Below the pieces are notes generated by a model. That model was not told the DNA's origin and made no database searches. It saw nothing but the letters and a program-made list of their open reading frames with translations. The translations under genes were made by a program, and so were the position numbers. 64,000 nucleotides of DNA from Chrysomallon squamiferum (Eukaryota > Animalia > Mollusca): positions 26,598,001 to 26,662,000 of the forward strand of contig CM022672.1 in the NCBI GenBank assembly GCA_012295275.1, read 5' to 3'. Below are positions 51,878 to 64,000 of this stretch, piece after piece. Numbering within the stretch: position 1 is the first letter of the stretch; each line of letters begins with the position of its first letter.

Positions 51878-51916
<39 letters not shown>

Positions 51917-52209
51917 GAGGATAACGAATGAGGAGGACATAAAACAGCAGAAAACATTATAATGCTTTATACACGTTTCGTGGGAAGGGGTCACATGTGT
52001 AAATACAATTATCTTAGAGACAGTAAGAACTATAACGTCTGGCCACCTGTTATTGTACATACAGGTAAAGTTGTAAAGAGAAGGTGAAGGTTACAGAAAT
52101 AAATGAAACAGGTTAAATTATTTTTTTTTTAAAAGAAAGAAAAAAGATGATCTAACTTTGAAAAGCATTTACTTCTGTTTTTAAGTATCATTATTTTCAA
52201 ACATATCAG

Positions 52210-52270
52210 TGGAAAATAATTATTACTTTGTCCATATATGGAAAATAATTATTACTTTGTCCTTATATGC
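52210..52270 (+). repeat. ~30-bp tandem duplication
   Basis: tggaaaataattattactttgtcc(a/t)tata occurs twice. Confidence 0.85.
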
Positions 52271-52878
52271 ACAAGCATATACAAGTAATAAAATATATAC
52301 AAGTTACAAAAGAACAACAAAAAAACTGAAACTGCAGTAAATGTAAAGAACAATACTCAAGTATATTACACAAAAATCCATAACATTTCCTGACATTTCT
52401 AGTAATATGAGAAGTGTTAAAAATAAATAAATAAATAAAACATTAATACATAAATACACCGACTGTATCTGATCTGGTAACTTTTTACTCTTTTTTTTTT
52501 TTTCTATTTGTTATACCGTCGTTAGTTTTATGTTTATTTTTTTTTATTTTATTCTTTTTGTCTCTCTTTCTCTTTTTTTTTTTTTTTTTCAGATTTTGTA
52601 TCTCTTTCTGGTGTTTTTTTTGTTTTTTTTTTACATACATTCATACACACATACATGTATATATTCTTACAGATCACCTTGTATTTCACCTTTATCTTCA
52701 CCTTGTTATACCTGAGCGTGTGAAACAGCAGATTTTAATATCATCATTGTTGAAGCATAAAAAAGAAAAAAAAAAGAAAAAAAAATGATTATAATGGTAA
52801 ACATTTACAAAATTATTCTTAATAATGTTTTTTTAATAATATGTTGTGATTAATTAAGTAATTAATTTTAATTATCTA

Positions 52879-52913
<35 letters not shown>

Positions 52914-52983
52914 GTCTGTCTGTCTATCTGTCAATCTATCATCATAATCGTCATCATCATTATCATCATCATCATCATCATCA

Positions 52984-53055
<72 letters not shown>

Positions 53056-53480
53056 GTTTCTGACACCAAGCTATAGTATACGCAGATTACATGACATCAA
53101 GATGGGTGAAGCTACCGGACAATTATTCAGTATAGTCTAGCCTAAGGACGGCCTAACGAGCAATGTCTTCTTGTATCCATACAAGTGAATCCTAACTGTA
53201 AGTTCACACCAATGAAGCACTGAGCAGTTATCCACAGCAAGCATGCTTGGACATCAGTAATATCTGTCTTTCTTTCAAACCAAAATGTGTACGTGACTCC
53301 ATGTCATGATTTTGGTAAATATATTTAGATCAGTTTTATCTTATCTTGTTTCTTGCTGCCCAAAGATATATAAATTCATATTTCACCTTAGAATCATTTT
53401 TAGTTTAAAGTTGACACACAATATTTAGCTCAACTATTAACGATCAAAGAATCGGTAAATATGATGACATTTCTTTATTT

Positions 53481-53538
<58 letters not shown>

Positions 53539-54008
53539 TAATAATGATAATGATGATGAATATTATTATTATGATGATAATGATGATGACGGCAATAATC
53601 ACAATGATGATTGTGATGATGGTGATAACACCTGTTTTGAATTATCGACAGTGGATAAATTAAAACAAATTACTAATTTTTAATTAATACTTAGGATAAA
53701 AATGTATCTTTAAAACTCAGTTTGAAATTTAAAGAAAAAAAATGAGTATTTATTATTGACTGATCTGATACTGAGATTGAAGAATATAAATGAATTTATT
53801 GATTTTGATACTTCATTAATATACTTCATTTTATTTAATCATTCATTATATTTATTTATTTATTTATTTATTTATTTTAACTGTCCTACTTTAAAGACAA
53901 ATTCTTTTTACTATAAATACCATCATCGTCATCATTTTCGAAATAATCATTATCATATCCTTCATTTTAAAATACCACAATTATAATTATTATCAATTAC
54001 AGGTAAAA

Positions 54009-55866
54009 ATGGCTAATTCTGCTCTCTGTGGACTTCTGGTTGTCTTGATAATTGGCAGTTGTACTGGATGTAAGTTTTAGAAATCTTCACTCGAACTAAG
54101 ATGTATTTTTTATTATTATGATTTTGTGTTGGGAATAATGGTAATGGTTGCTGATAGCTGAATGGGTGTTATTACTGATTCGCATTTGGGAATTGCTGTT
54201 GATGAGTGCATGAGAATTATCGTTGATACTTGTACATAAAAGTTGCTACTGATTCGTGTACCTAGGACTGAAGTATGCATTAAGCTAAATAAGCATGTGC
54301 TTAGCGCATCAACAAAAGGGAGCACCACAGATATTTTCAGTTCCTGGATTTACTACGGACCATATGGTTCAAAATGTTGCAGCTTCACCAGATTCCATAA
54401 AAAGGAAATAAACACACACACAAATAATTAATAATAATAATACAATAATACAATATAATAATAATAATAATGGTTATACAAATAATTAAAAATAATAATA
54501 ATAAAATAGTAATTATAGGGGTTAATGATATACATACATCTTGCATTTACCATAAAGTTGGAATAAATTACAATGTAATGAGGCATCAAAATATTTTGAA
54601 TACTTAGGTCTTCTGAAGACGTTAATCCGGCCCTATCTGCTCTGTAGTTAGTGTTGTAGGTACGTGGACTGAGAGGGTGTGTTTTTTTGTTTTTTAATTC
54701 CTGTGTTGTAGTTTTAGGTGACTCAGAATTACATACGTTACTAGAAAAATACTCTTTATCACATATTCCACGTACCCGACCCTCAAAAGCCGATGAAGTT
54801 TATCATTATAATCTTGACAATGATTTCAACGACAACAGTTTGCAGTAGTCTCAATCTATTGTTGCAGTCAACGCCGACGAACGACGTCATGAGAAACGGT
54901 TCTTCCTGCACAGCATCGCGAAGGGGATGAAGGACATGATAACGGGCATGGCGAGCGGGGCAGCTGGAATGATGAGCGGGGCCGCACATGGCATGGACGG
55001 CGTGCTTGAAGCCGTCACAGGAAAATGCGTTCTTTGCGACAAAAACAAAGACGTACCCTTAATGTTTAACTTCGACGGTAATACGTTCAATTCTTACGAC
55101 CGTTTGGTATTTTATTGTTTGTATAATGTCAGCAGCGGTGAAATTGTTCAGAGCCGTATAACAAGCGTCAAGATTTTAATTTTATATTTTTATTTATCAA
55201 TACGTCTGTTAGTGAGTAATGTTTTTCTTTTTGGTCATCTTGAATTTCATAATCTAAATGCAAGTAAAAAAAAAACAAAAAAAAACATCAGTTACAATAA
55301 AAAAAAAAAAAAAAATAAAAGACAGTTAATAACACAACCTAAACCAATAAACAAGCTCAAAAAGAAACAAACAACATCGATGAATCAACCAGTATGTCTC
55401 GTTATTTATTTATTTATTGCAGGCCTTCAGAACTTGAATCATCAAAAAGCCACACGTAAGTACTTAACTGTTGAGATAAGAAATATTTGAAAGAAATATT
55501 TCTTAACACTTGCAAGTTATTTAATTTTGAAATAATAATAATAATAATAATAATAATGAATTTAAGAGATCTTTCTGGTTTATTTACTTTAATTTCATTT
55601 TTTCTAAATGTGAGGGTAAATATATTATAAATAAAACTTGTCTAGTATGATTTACTCTGTTAACTAATATACGCATTTGTAGAGGAAAAAATACAGCGCT
55701 TGTCAACACTCCTAAAAGATAAACTTTGTACACATTATTAAGCATCGACACAAGCTATCCAACAGTTCTGAGTTGTTTGTTTGTTTACTCTTTTGACTTT
55801 TCCGTGACATTAATTTTACAAGTTTTATGTTTTACTGCTGGTACTACTACCGTTACGACCATTAGG

Positions 55867-55923
<57 letters not shown>

Positions 55924-56412
55924 GTAGTACTACTACGACTACTACCATCACTATTTTTTTTCCATTACTACTACTGTTACTCCCACTACTGCTATTGTTT
56001 CTTCTACTACTACTACTGCTGCTGCTGCTGTACTGATAATAATAATAATAATCTCAACAATAATAACAATAACAACAACAACAACAACAATAATAATACA
56101 TGTACGAATCTATTTTCAGCTAAACCTGCTGCACCGGTTGCCGCCAAAACAGGTATATCATTTTAATCATCATCATCATCATCGCCACCACCACTAGCAC
56201 AGCCAATATCATCATTACCATAATCATCGTCATCAATCACCATCAGAATCATCATTGTCGCCATAATCATCATCAATATATCCATCATCATCATCGTAAT
56301 CATCAATCACCATCATGACCATCATCATCATCATAACCATCATTATCGCCATAATTATCATCATCATCTTTATTGCCTTCATCGTCGTCATTATCATTAA
56401 ATATATATAAAA

Positions 56413-56479
<67 letters not shown>

Positions 56480-56576
56480 GATAGATATAAAATGGTACAT
56501 AATTACGGGAACCAGTATATGCTATTTTATGTCGGCAAGTAAATGTATATTATATCCGCGTTTGTGTTTTGTTTCT

Positions 56577-56616
<40 letters not shown>

Positions 56617-56810
56617 AATTTTAAAAGACGATTTTCGTAAAAAAAAAAAAAAAAAATATTTATTTTATTTATTTTATTAAATTTTATTATATTTTTTCAG
56701 AATGTATGGACAGACCAGGAATTGACTGCAGTATCATGATTTCCTCAGTTCAGATCTGCAAACAGCCAATTGCTTCAAAATACTGTCCAAAAACATGCAA
56801 ATTCTGCTAA
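54009..56810 (+). CDS. small secreted ShKT-domain precursor protein, 148 aa (signal peptide, propeptide ending KR, amphipathic Gly/Met helix, CxxC, linker, ShKT)
   Basis: Exons 54009-54069, 54868-55077, 55423-55455, 56120-56152, 56701-56810; all GT-AG, all introns phase 1, sum 447 nt. Translation: MANSALCGLLVVLIIGSCTGFNADERRHEKRFFLHSIAKGMKDMITGMASGAAGMMSGAAHGMDGVLEAVTGKCVLCDKNKDVPLMFNFDGLQNLNHQKATPKPAAPVAAKTECMDRPGIDCSIMISSVQICKQPIASKYCPKTCKFC*. The last exon has the six-Cys ShKT pattern CxD...C...C...CxKTCxxC. An acceptor at 54001-54002 implies an upstream non-coding exon (candidate ending 52064, cag|gtaaag). Confidence 0.88.
56413..56486. repeat. (AGAT)n tetranucleotide microsatellite
   Basis: Direct reading. 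Confidence 0.95.
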
Positions 56811-57477
56811 TAAATATGAGTTAAACAACTAGTGATATTATATTATATATAAGATTAACAAATAGAAAGACAGTTGATGGACATGCATATTTAAGCACAG
56901 AGAGAGAGAGAGAGAGAGAGAGAATAATAAATGAATCAATCAGTATACATATTTACGAAGAAGTTATATCTAGGAAAGTAAATAAAATAAATATTTTAAG
57001 TATTTCGTCTTAAGGAGGTTAGACCACACCTTTGCAGATTATAACAGAAATCCAAACAATCGAATTATTGTAAACACTTCAGTTTTTGTAGCACTTATAC
57101 TCAAAAACAGTTGATTATTCAAACAACACTCATCCAGACATAAGTCCTGATGAAAAGCCTATTTCATGTTAAGTCCTGGCTCGGACAATAAATCAAGCAA
57201 GAAATGTCTCTGACAACCGTGCTTGGATGGTTCATAATGGAAGCTTGCCAAAAATGTACCCACTCCCACTTACCTGAAAGAAGTACATAGATATGGAAAC
57301 AGTACCCAATTTCTAAAGATATAATTTCTATGTTCATTCTCGTTTGATTATTATTATTTTTTTTTTTTCACAGTTACTCTAATTATCGGCAGTTGCTGCA
57401 TTGTTTGGGTTATGAAGTGGATTCTGCTTTGTATACTTTCCGTGTGATGGCTAATAAACTGGAAATCAATCTTTATT

Positions 57478-57513
<36 letters not shown>

Positions 57514-57532
57514 CATAATTAATTATAAATTA

Positions 57533-57579
<47 letters not shown>

Positions 57580-58160
57580 AAGACATATTGCGTACTTTCT
57601 AATTAAGTTTGGTTTAGTTAAGGCTGGCTGTCAAATGTTTACTTACAATAAAGTACGACAACTATATACAGAATCAAGGGTACTAATGACATCATGTCTT
57701 ACTTGATAAATAGGTTATAATCAATTTCTCAACTACTCGGACAAGAAAATATTTCTCTGCCATAATAGTGTACAAGTGTGATGCAATAATATTCGTAATA
57801 AATGAATTAGTCACTGTGGGACTATAGACACCAGTGAATATTTTTTTGCCCTAGTAATTCTGTATTGTATTATACACTGATTACTGGGAAAGGAAACTAA
57901 ATTTGCTAATCAGAATTAGTCGATGAATTAAACGTAGACTTTTCGAAGATTTAGTTTCTCTTGTAACAGTGACCTCTTTACTTAATCGTCTATCAGAGTT
58001 ACGGGCCCTTATAATACCTTAAACAAAATAATACTGAGCACTTTGTTTTCTCAGAGGTATGTAGGATAGTCATAAGTCGCTAGACGCAAACATTAATGAG
58101 TAAATATTAGTCGCTACCAACGGAAAATGACTTTGGTTTTTGTGACCACTTCTTTTAAAG

Positions 58161-58467
58161 ATGGGGTGCATGTCTAGCAGAATTTCACCTGGTAAGTAAA
58201 ATAAATTACGTAGTGGCATAAATACTTACGATGTTTATTGTATTGGTATTATTAACATATAAAATGATATATATATATGTAATTAGTATATTACGATAAA
58301 CTCGGGTTGTTTTTTGTTTTTGTTTTTTTCTTTTCCTCTATCGGTAACTCGAGTAATAAATGAAGTTTATTGTTTTGTCCAACCATTAGTGGTTTTCGTT
58401 TGTTGACGTTTAACATTACAGTATATAATTTTGTTTGGGTTTTTGAATGGAAGTAATTTTTCTAACA

Positions 58468-58526
<59 letters not shown>

Positions 58527-61500
58527 GTGTTCAGTATTTACAAAAGTAAAAGCAAGGAAAAAAATTAATATTCACAAAAATTATAAACAATAATAATACA
58601 ATAATAACTTAAAGAAAACATACAATAATAATAAAATTTGAAAATAAAAATAACAACACCTAAATAAGAAACAAAAAAATATCAACTATTCTTTGATGTG
58701 TTTATCAGTAGGAAATGAAATAGGTGAGCTTAATTTTGATGTCAAACAACTTTTCAAGATAAGGATCTTGACATAGTTTATTGTAAACTTGATCACCAAG
58801 TTGAATGGATCTGTCATAGTTAATATCTTTAGCCTTATTGCAGATTATTCCCATGATAAATTGTTTTTTGTATCCATAAAAGTAAAAAGAAAACTCAAAA
58901 ACTCCCTCCCCATCAAAAAAAAAAAACAAAAAAAAAAAAAAAAAAAAACCCCAAACAAACAACAAAATGATAAGAAAACAAAATCAGAGTAGGTCAGAAA
59001 ATAAAGTGTATGTAGATATGGGACACATGCATGAATATAATAAATATAATTGCAACTTTGTGAATAAAAACATCAATATCTTTTTCAAAATATTTTTACA
59101 TTTATTCTTTATACATCTTAGGTTACATGTGTGTGTGTGTGTGTGTGTGCAACAGTACATGGTCCTAGATCTGTTTCTTCATACAGACTTCAATTTTATG
59201 AATGAATGCATTTTTATAATCTAAAAATTCATTCAGCCATGTTGAAGATGGTTTGACAAGATAATTGCGTAATGTTTGGTTCAGGAAAGAAAAAAAAAAA
59301 AAAAGAAAATAAAAAAAACAACAAAAAAAAACATCATCCACTCTTGACAGTTTTGAACTTGTTGAACTGTAATAACAATTTCTGTTATGCAAATCCAATA
59401 ATTTATTTACTATATTTGTATCCATAAATTATTTAAATAAAAAATACCTTTACCTATATTTACTTTGTATGTACGTATGTGTGTGTATGCATGGAAAGAT
59501 AAAACAGAGAGACAAAGTAAAAGTGAAGAAAACTGAGAACAGAGAGAGAGAAAAAAGAGAAGGGATTAAAGAAACAGGAAAGAGAAAAGGGGATAGACAG
59601 ACACACAACTGGGATTATAATTAACACACACTAATTATGTAAATTCCTGGATACTTCTCTAGATAGTTTTATAAATAATCACCATCTGGGTAGTGTATTG
59701 TTTAATACCTGATTTCAGATTCAGAAAACAAGCCAAAGGAAGATAAACAAGGATTACTTCTGCGAGGAGATGTAGCTACCAAGTATGAGTCACGGAGTGA
59801 GAGAGAGAGAAAAATGAAAGAAAAACAGCTTCGGATAACGTCTGCAGCTGAAGTGAGTATCCCATTCTAACAGTTGTTCTAAGGCATGGTATACAGTTTG
59901 ATTAAAAAGTATAAGTTACACATGAGTTGTTGGTGATGGCACACTTTCAAGTATTGTTGTTTTTTGTTTTTGATTACTTTTGGACACCAACCTTTGCTAA
60001 AAATAAATAGACACTAAAACTATCAAGTTTATTGTGTAGCCACTTTGTTTTGTTTTTTTAAATTAACAAGATAAATCTGTTTCATTGTCTATAGTTACTC
60101 TTATTAATAGTAGTAGAATTAGTAGTAGTGGTAGTAGAAGTGGAATTAATAGTAATAATAATGGTAGAAGTAACACCAGTTTATAGATATGTCTTCTTAG
60201 TTTTCTGTCTGATATTTTTTGTTCTTCAGTTTCGTCTTCTTAAAATTAAAAGCATGATAAAAATAATCTGTGGGGGGCTTATTTCTTTTTTTTGATTTTT
60301 ATTGTTCCTGTCATAATAGTGACTAATTAGTTCACCTTTCATGTGCTAACCAGTGATCTGTGTCAGGACAAGTCTTATTACAATTCATGAACTGTCAACA
60401 GCTAAAACTTATCATTAAACAGACGCCTTTATCTACCTTTAACAGGTGTGATCACGATTCTTAGCTGAAGGCGATTTTGATTTATGTCATTTTTGATATT
60501 ATATTTCTTCTAAACTCTAAGTCATTGTGCTGCTTTGTTCTCATAGCAGACTAATTTCCACATAAAAATTAAACTTAGTTTTTTCTCCTTTTATTTCTGA
60601 TACTGATTGCCATTGCCCATTGATAATTTTTAATATATTATTATATATTAACATTCAGATAGATTATTTTATTTGTTTTTAATCACAAAAATGTTACTGT
60701 ATTTTTATCTTGCTATTTTCATCTGGTTGTATTTATGCTCCAGTGAAGAACCATACATATTATATGTATTATATAACGACTCTTTGTATTGGCAGTTTGG
60801 TATGATTCTTTGTGGTAAAGACAAAACTTGTGACCTGGACAGACCCAGGGAAGGGGAGGGGTTAGTTGTTCCCTCACGACATGCAACTTGAACAGTTATC
60901 TGACATGATCACACACAAAAAAGATTACACACCCATGTTGCATTTTCTGTTTTATTATCTAACTCTGTGGCTTTTTCATTATTTTTAATGTATTATTATT
61001 GTTGTTGTTGTTGTTGTTAGCAAGTATCATCCTCTTTAAGTTATCTTTTGTCATAACAGTTTTTCTCCCACATTGTTGTCTATAACTAAACCACATTCTA
61101 CAGCTAGTATGTTTCCAGTCTTCAATTTTGTTAATTTTAAATGTTATCTTTTTTTCAAAAGACAGTTTTTTATAAACCATCAAACTATGCCCCAACAAAC
61201 AAGCTAGCAAACCAACAAAAATAAAATTAAAAAATATAAAATACTATTGTTATTATTAAAAAAAATTGTTTGTTTGTTTGTTTGTTGTCTTTTTTGTTTG
61301 GTTTTGTTCTTTTTTTTTTTTTTTGCATTACAGAATTTGGAGTGCTTGTTGTTGTTACTTGTTAATTCATTTACTTATTTTTTCAGTTATGTATATTTTT
61401 TGTTAACATTAACAATTTATTACCTTTTTTTTTTGTTTTGGTGCTACCTAAACAAAACATTCTGTGAAAAAGTCCTGAATATTTTAAAACTTTTTTCTTT

Positions 61501-62818
61501 AAGAAAGAAAGAAAGTAAGAAGGTACACATCATGAATGGTGACATGAAAGAGTTAACTGTCACAAATTTCAATATTTATATTTTGTTTATATAGAACAAC
61601 GAAATAAAACATCTAACAAAAGAGAATAATATATTAGTTAATAGATTAAAACAGATCTTTAAAATCATCCTGTGCAACTTTGATCTCCAGACTAATTAAC
61701 TTGCATGTATGTATATAAATTCGTTACAAGAATACATAAATAAATCATAATGTACAGATTAAATATGTGTATTTTTATGTTATATTTATTATCCTTTGAC
61801 TATCTATTTGTAATATAATAATATAATACAGAAACATAACTGCCATAATATTGAAATTCAGTAACAATCACTTTGGCTCATTTGCTAACATTAGAAAGTA
61901 AGTAATATATCTCATAAATTTAAGCTATATTATATTTATATCCACATGCATGCCATCATGGAGTATATAATATTATTTCTGAAATTGTATAATTTGTATA
62001 TTTAATGCTGTTTATCAGAATGTGTAATTTTATGAAATGTGTCATGCCTTATACCAGCTGAGTTATGTGATAACAACAACAGAATGACTTGTAAATACTT
62101 TTCTGTAATTAAAGTTTCACTTTCTGCCAGAATACTGCTAAGTCTATAAGCCTGAAATAAGGGGGTGGTAATTTAATCTGTTTATCATGCTTCTGTGGAA
62201 TAATCAGATTTAGAGGATTAAGAATTAAGAAAAAAAGAAAGAATTTTGGCAGACATTTTTGTTGTGGCTCGGTTTTGGGTGACTTTGGCATGTAAAACTC
62301 TTCAGAAATTCTGGTTTTGCTGTTAGTCAGCAATAACTGTGGAATATTAAGAACTCTATCCTACTTTTCTTTTCTTTTCTTTTTCTTTAATTTCTTTTAC
62401 ATAGGTGAAATACACATTTTCTACATAGGCTTTCATACATGGAGTATTGTTTGGATATCTTTCTTTTTTTCATTCTTTCTTTCTTTCTTTCTTTCTTACT
62501 TTAAACTATGGTGATTTTGTCTGGCACTGGCTGTACCTACCACTGTAATATAATCATAAATTTGGTAGATGTCATTAAATAAATTATATATCATTATTCT
62601 AAGCAAAGGTTTTATGCAGCAGATGCAGTAGTGGTTATCATGTTCCTCATAACATTCCCTGTCAGTATTTAATAATGTCTACACATGAAATGTTGTTATT
62701 AAATTGTCTTAACCATGTTTTACTCAGCATGTTAAAAAGTTTTCAAATACAGAGCTGTATGCCTCCATCCAAAATTAGCTTTTATTTCAGTTTATGTGCA
62801 TATCTCACTTTCAATTAT

Positions 62819-62867
<49 letters not shown>

Positions 62868-62923
62868 AAACACACACACACACACACACACATATGTATA
62901 TAGATGTACATAGATACATACCA

Positions 62924-62955
<32 letters not shown>

Positions 62956-63981
62956 TCATATATCTATATATACACAGATACATGCTCTTAGATGTTTACA
63001 CACACATACACACGTGCACGCATATGATTAAAAGAGAACTTTAGCTGATAATCTGAAAAATCTATATATCAGCAGGTTTTGTTGTTATTTTACACACAGT
63101 AATAATAGGTTTGACATCCTGTGACCATTTCTGATAAAATATTCATTAACTGTGTTGTGCAGTCAGTAAAGTAAGAACTTACAGAATGATAAACACTTCA
63201 GAACATGTTTTTTATGTCTTCACAGCTGACTTAAATTTATCTCACACTTTTTGGTATTATAAAGTGACATTTTATACACTTCTCGTGTTACACCAGTCAG
63301 TATAGCTAGACATCACTGTTGACTGAACTGATTTTCAGGTGTTTTTCACAAATGTTAATACACAGAATGGGAAAAAAAGATATAGTGATAATGAAGTTTT
63401 GTTGTAGAGAAGACAGAATTTGTTACAGGGTGCAGAGAACACAGTGGTTAAATCTCTGTTCAGTTTCTCTGCTTATTGTTGCTTAAAAGAACCTAAAAAT
63501 CTTTAAATGATTATTTCCATAAAATAAGAGAGAGAGTGAGTGTATGCAAAGGAGAGTATTACCTAGGTATATGTATTACTTTATTTCAGTGATATTTTAG
63601 TGAATAGAAAAGGGATAACATTAATGGTAATAATTATAACAAAACATAAATTTTGTTTTACAGAAAAGACAATGGTTTGTCCTACTGTACAATTTAACCT
63701 TGAAATTCAGTTTACTTAAATCATTATTTTGAGAGATGAAGGAAGAGAGAAAGATTGACAGACAGACAAATTTACGAATAATTATGTATATACCTGTATG
63801 TATTATTTAAGTTTATTTCAGCAACGAATACATTTATTTACACAATGTGTTTGTCATTTTATTTTACAGGAGTTGTCAGGAAGAATTCTTGAAGAAAAGG
63901 AGAGACTGTCTCTGAATTCAAAGTCAAGAGAAACTTCAGTCAGTACTTCCAGAGTGGCATCACCATCTGTGGAAAAGAAAA
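58161..63981 (+). CDS. 5' part (first three coding exons) of an unidentified protein with an N-terminal MGCxxS acylation motif; continues beyond the window
   Basis: Exons 58161-58191 (|gtaagt), 59719-59852 (ttcag| ... |gtgagt) and 63870-63981 (ttacag| ... |gtaag) join in frame: MGCMSSRISPDSENKPKEDKQGLLLRGDVATKYESRSERERKMKEKQLRITSAAEELSGRILEEKERLSLNSKSRETSVSTSRVASPSVEKK. A CpG-rich promoter-like zone at ~57900-58400 is followed by a CpG-poor gene body. Confidence 0.75.
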
Positions 63982-64000
63982 GTAAGATTCCTGTTTTTAT

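Noticed and set aside
57145-57195. Hammerhead-ribozyme-like CTGATGA followed by an AGCC/GGCT stem
   Set aside because: The required GAAA core is replaced by GGAC, and stems I and III could not be formed.

Overview
This is AT-rich, microsatellite-dense eukaryotic (metazoan) genomic DNA. Composition and gene content suggest an invertebrate such as a mollusc, but that is inference. Most ORFs in the supplied track are microsatellite artefacts. The real genes are spliced and were rebuilt by hand from GT/AG sites and reading-frame phase; all five lie on the + strand. (1) The last two coding exons of an unidentified gene (198-4022). (2) A complete 28-exon EXOC4/Sec8 gene (9845-28176, ~907 aa), with two candidate frame-preserving 30-nt cassette microexons and a decayed duplicate of one exon. 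(3) A 4-exon spondin/mindin-like gene (39986-47804, ~729 aa): Spondin_N domain, ~400-aa low-complexity linker, one TSP1 repeat and a poly-Arg tail. (4) A 5-exon, 148-aa secreted precursor largely missed by the ORF track (54009-56810): signal peptide, KR-cleaved propeptide, amphipathic Gly/Met heptad helix, CxxC, a linker encoded by two microexons, and a C-terminal ShKT domain. This is the most novel-looking item. (5) The first three exons of a gene starting MGCMSS, a likely acylation signal (58161 to beyond the window). Mobile DNA includes a hAT MITE with perfect TIRs and TSD and a deleted Mutator-like element with a 9-bp TSD. CpG content switches sharply between gene domains, as expected for mosaic gene-body methylation. 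No rRNA, intact tRNA or CRISPR was recognised.
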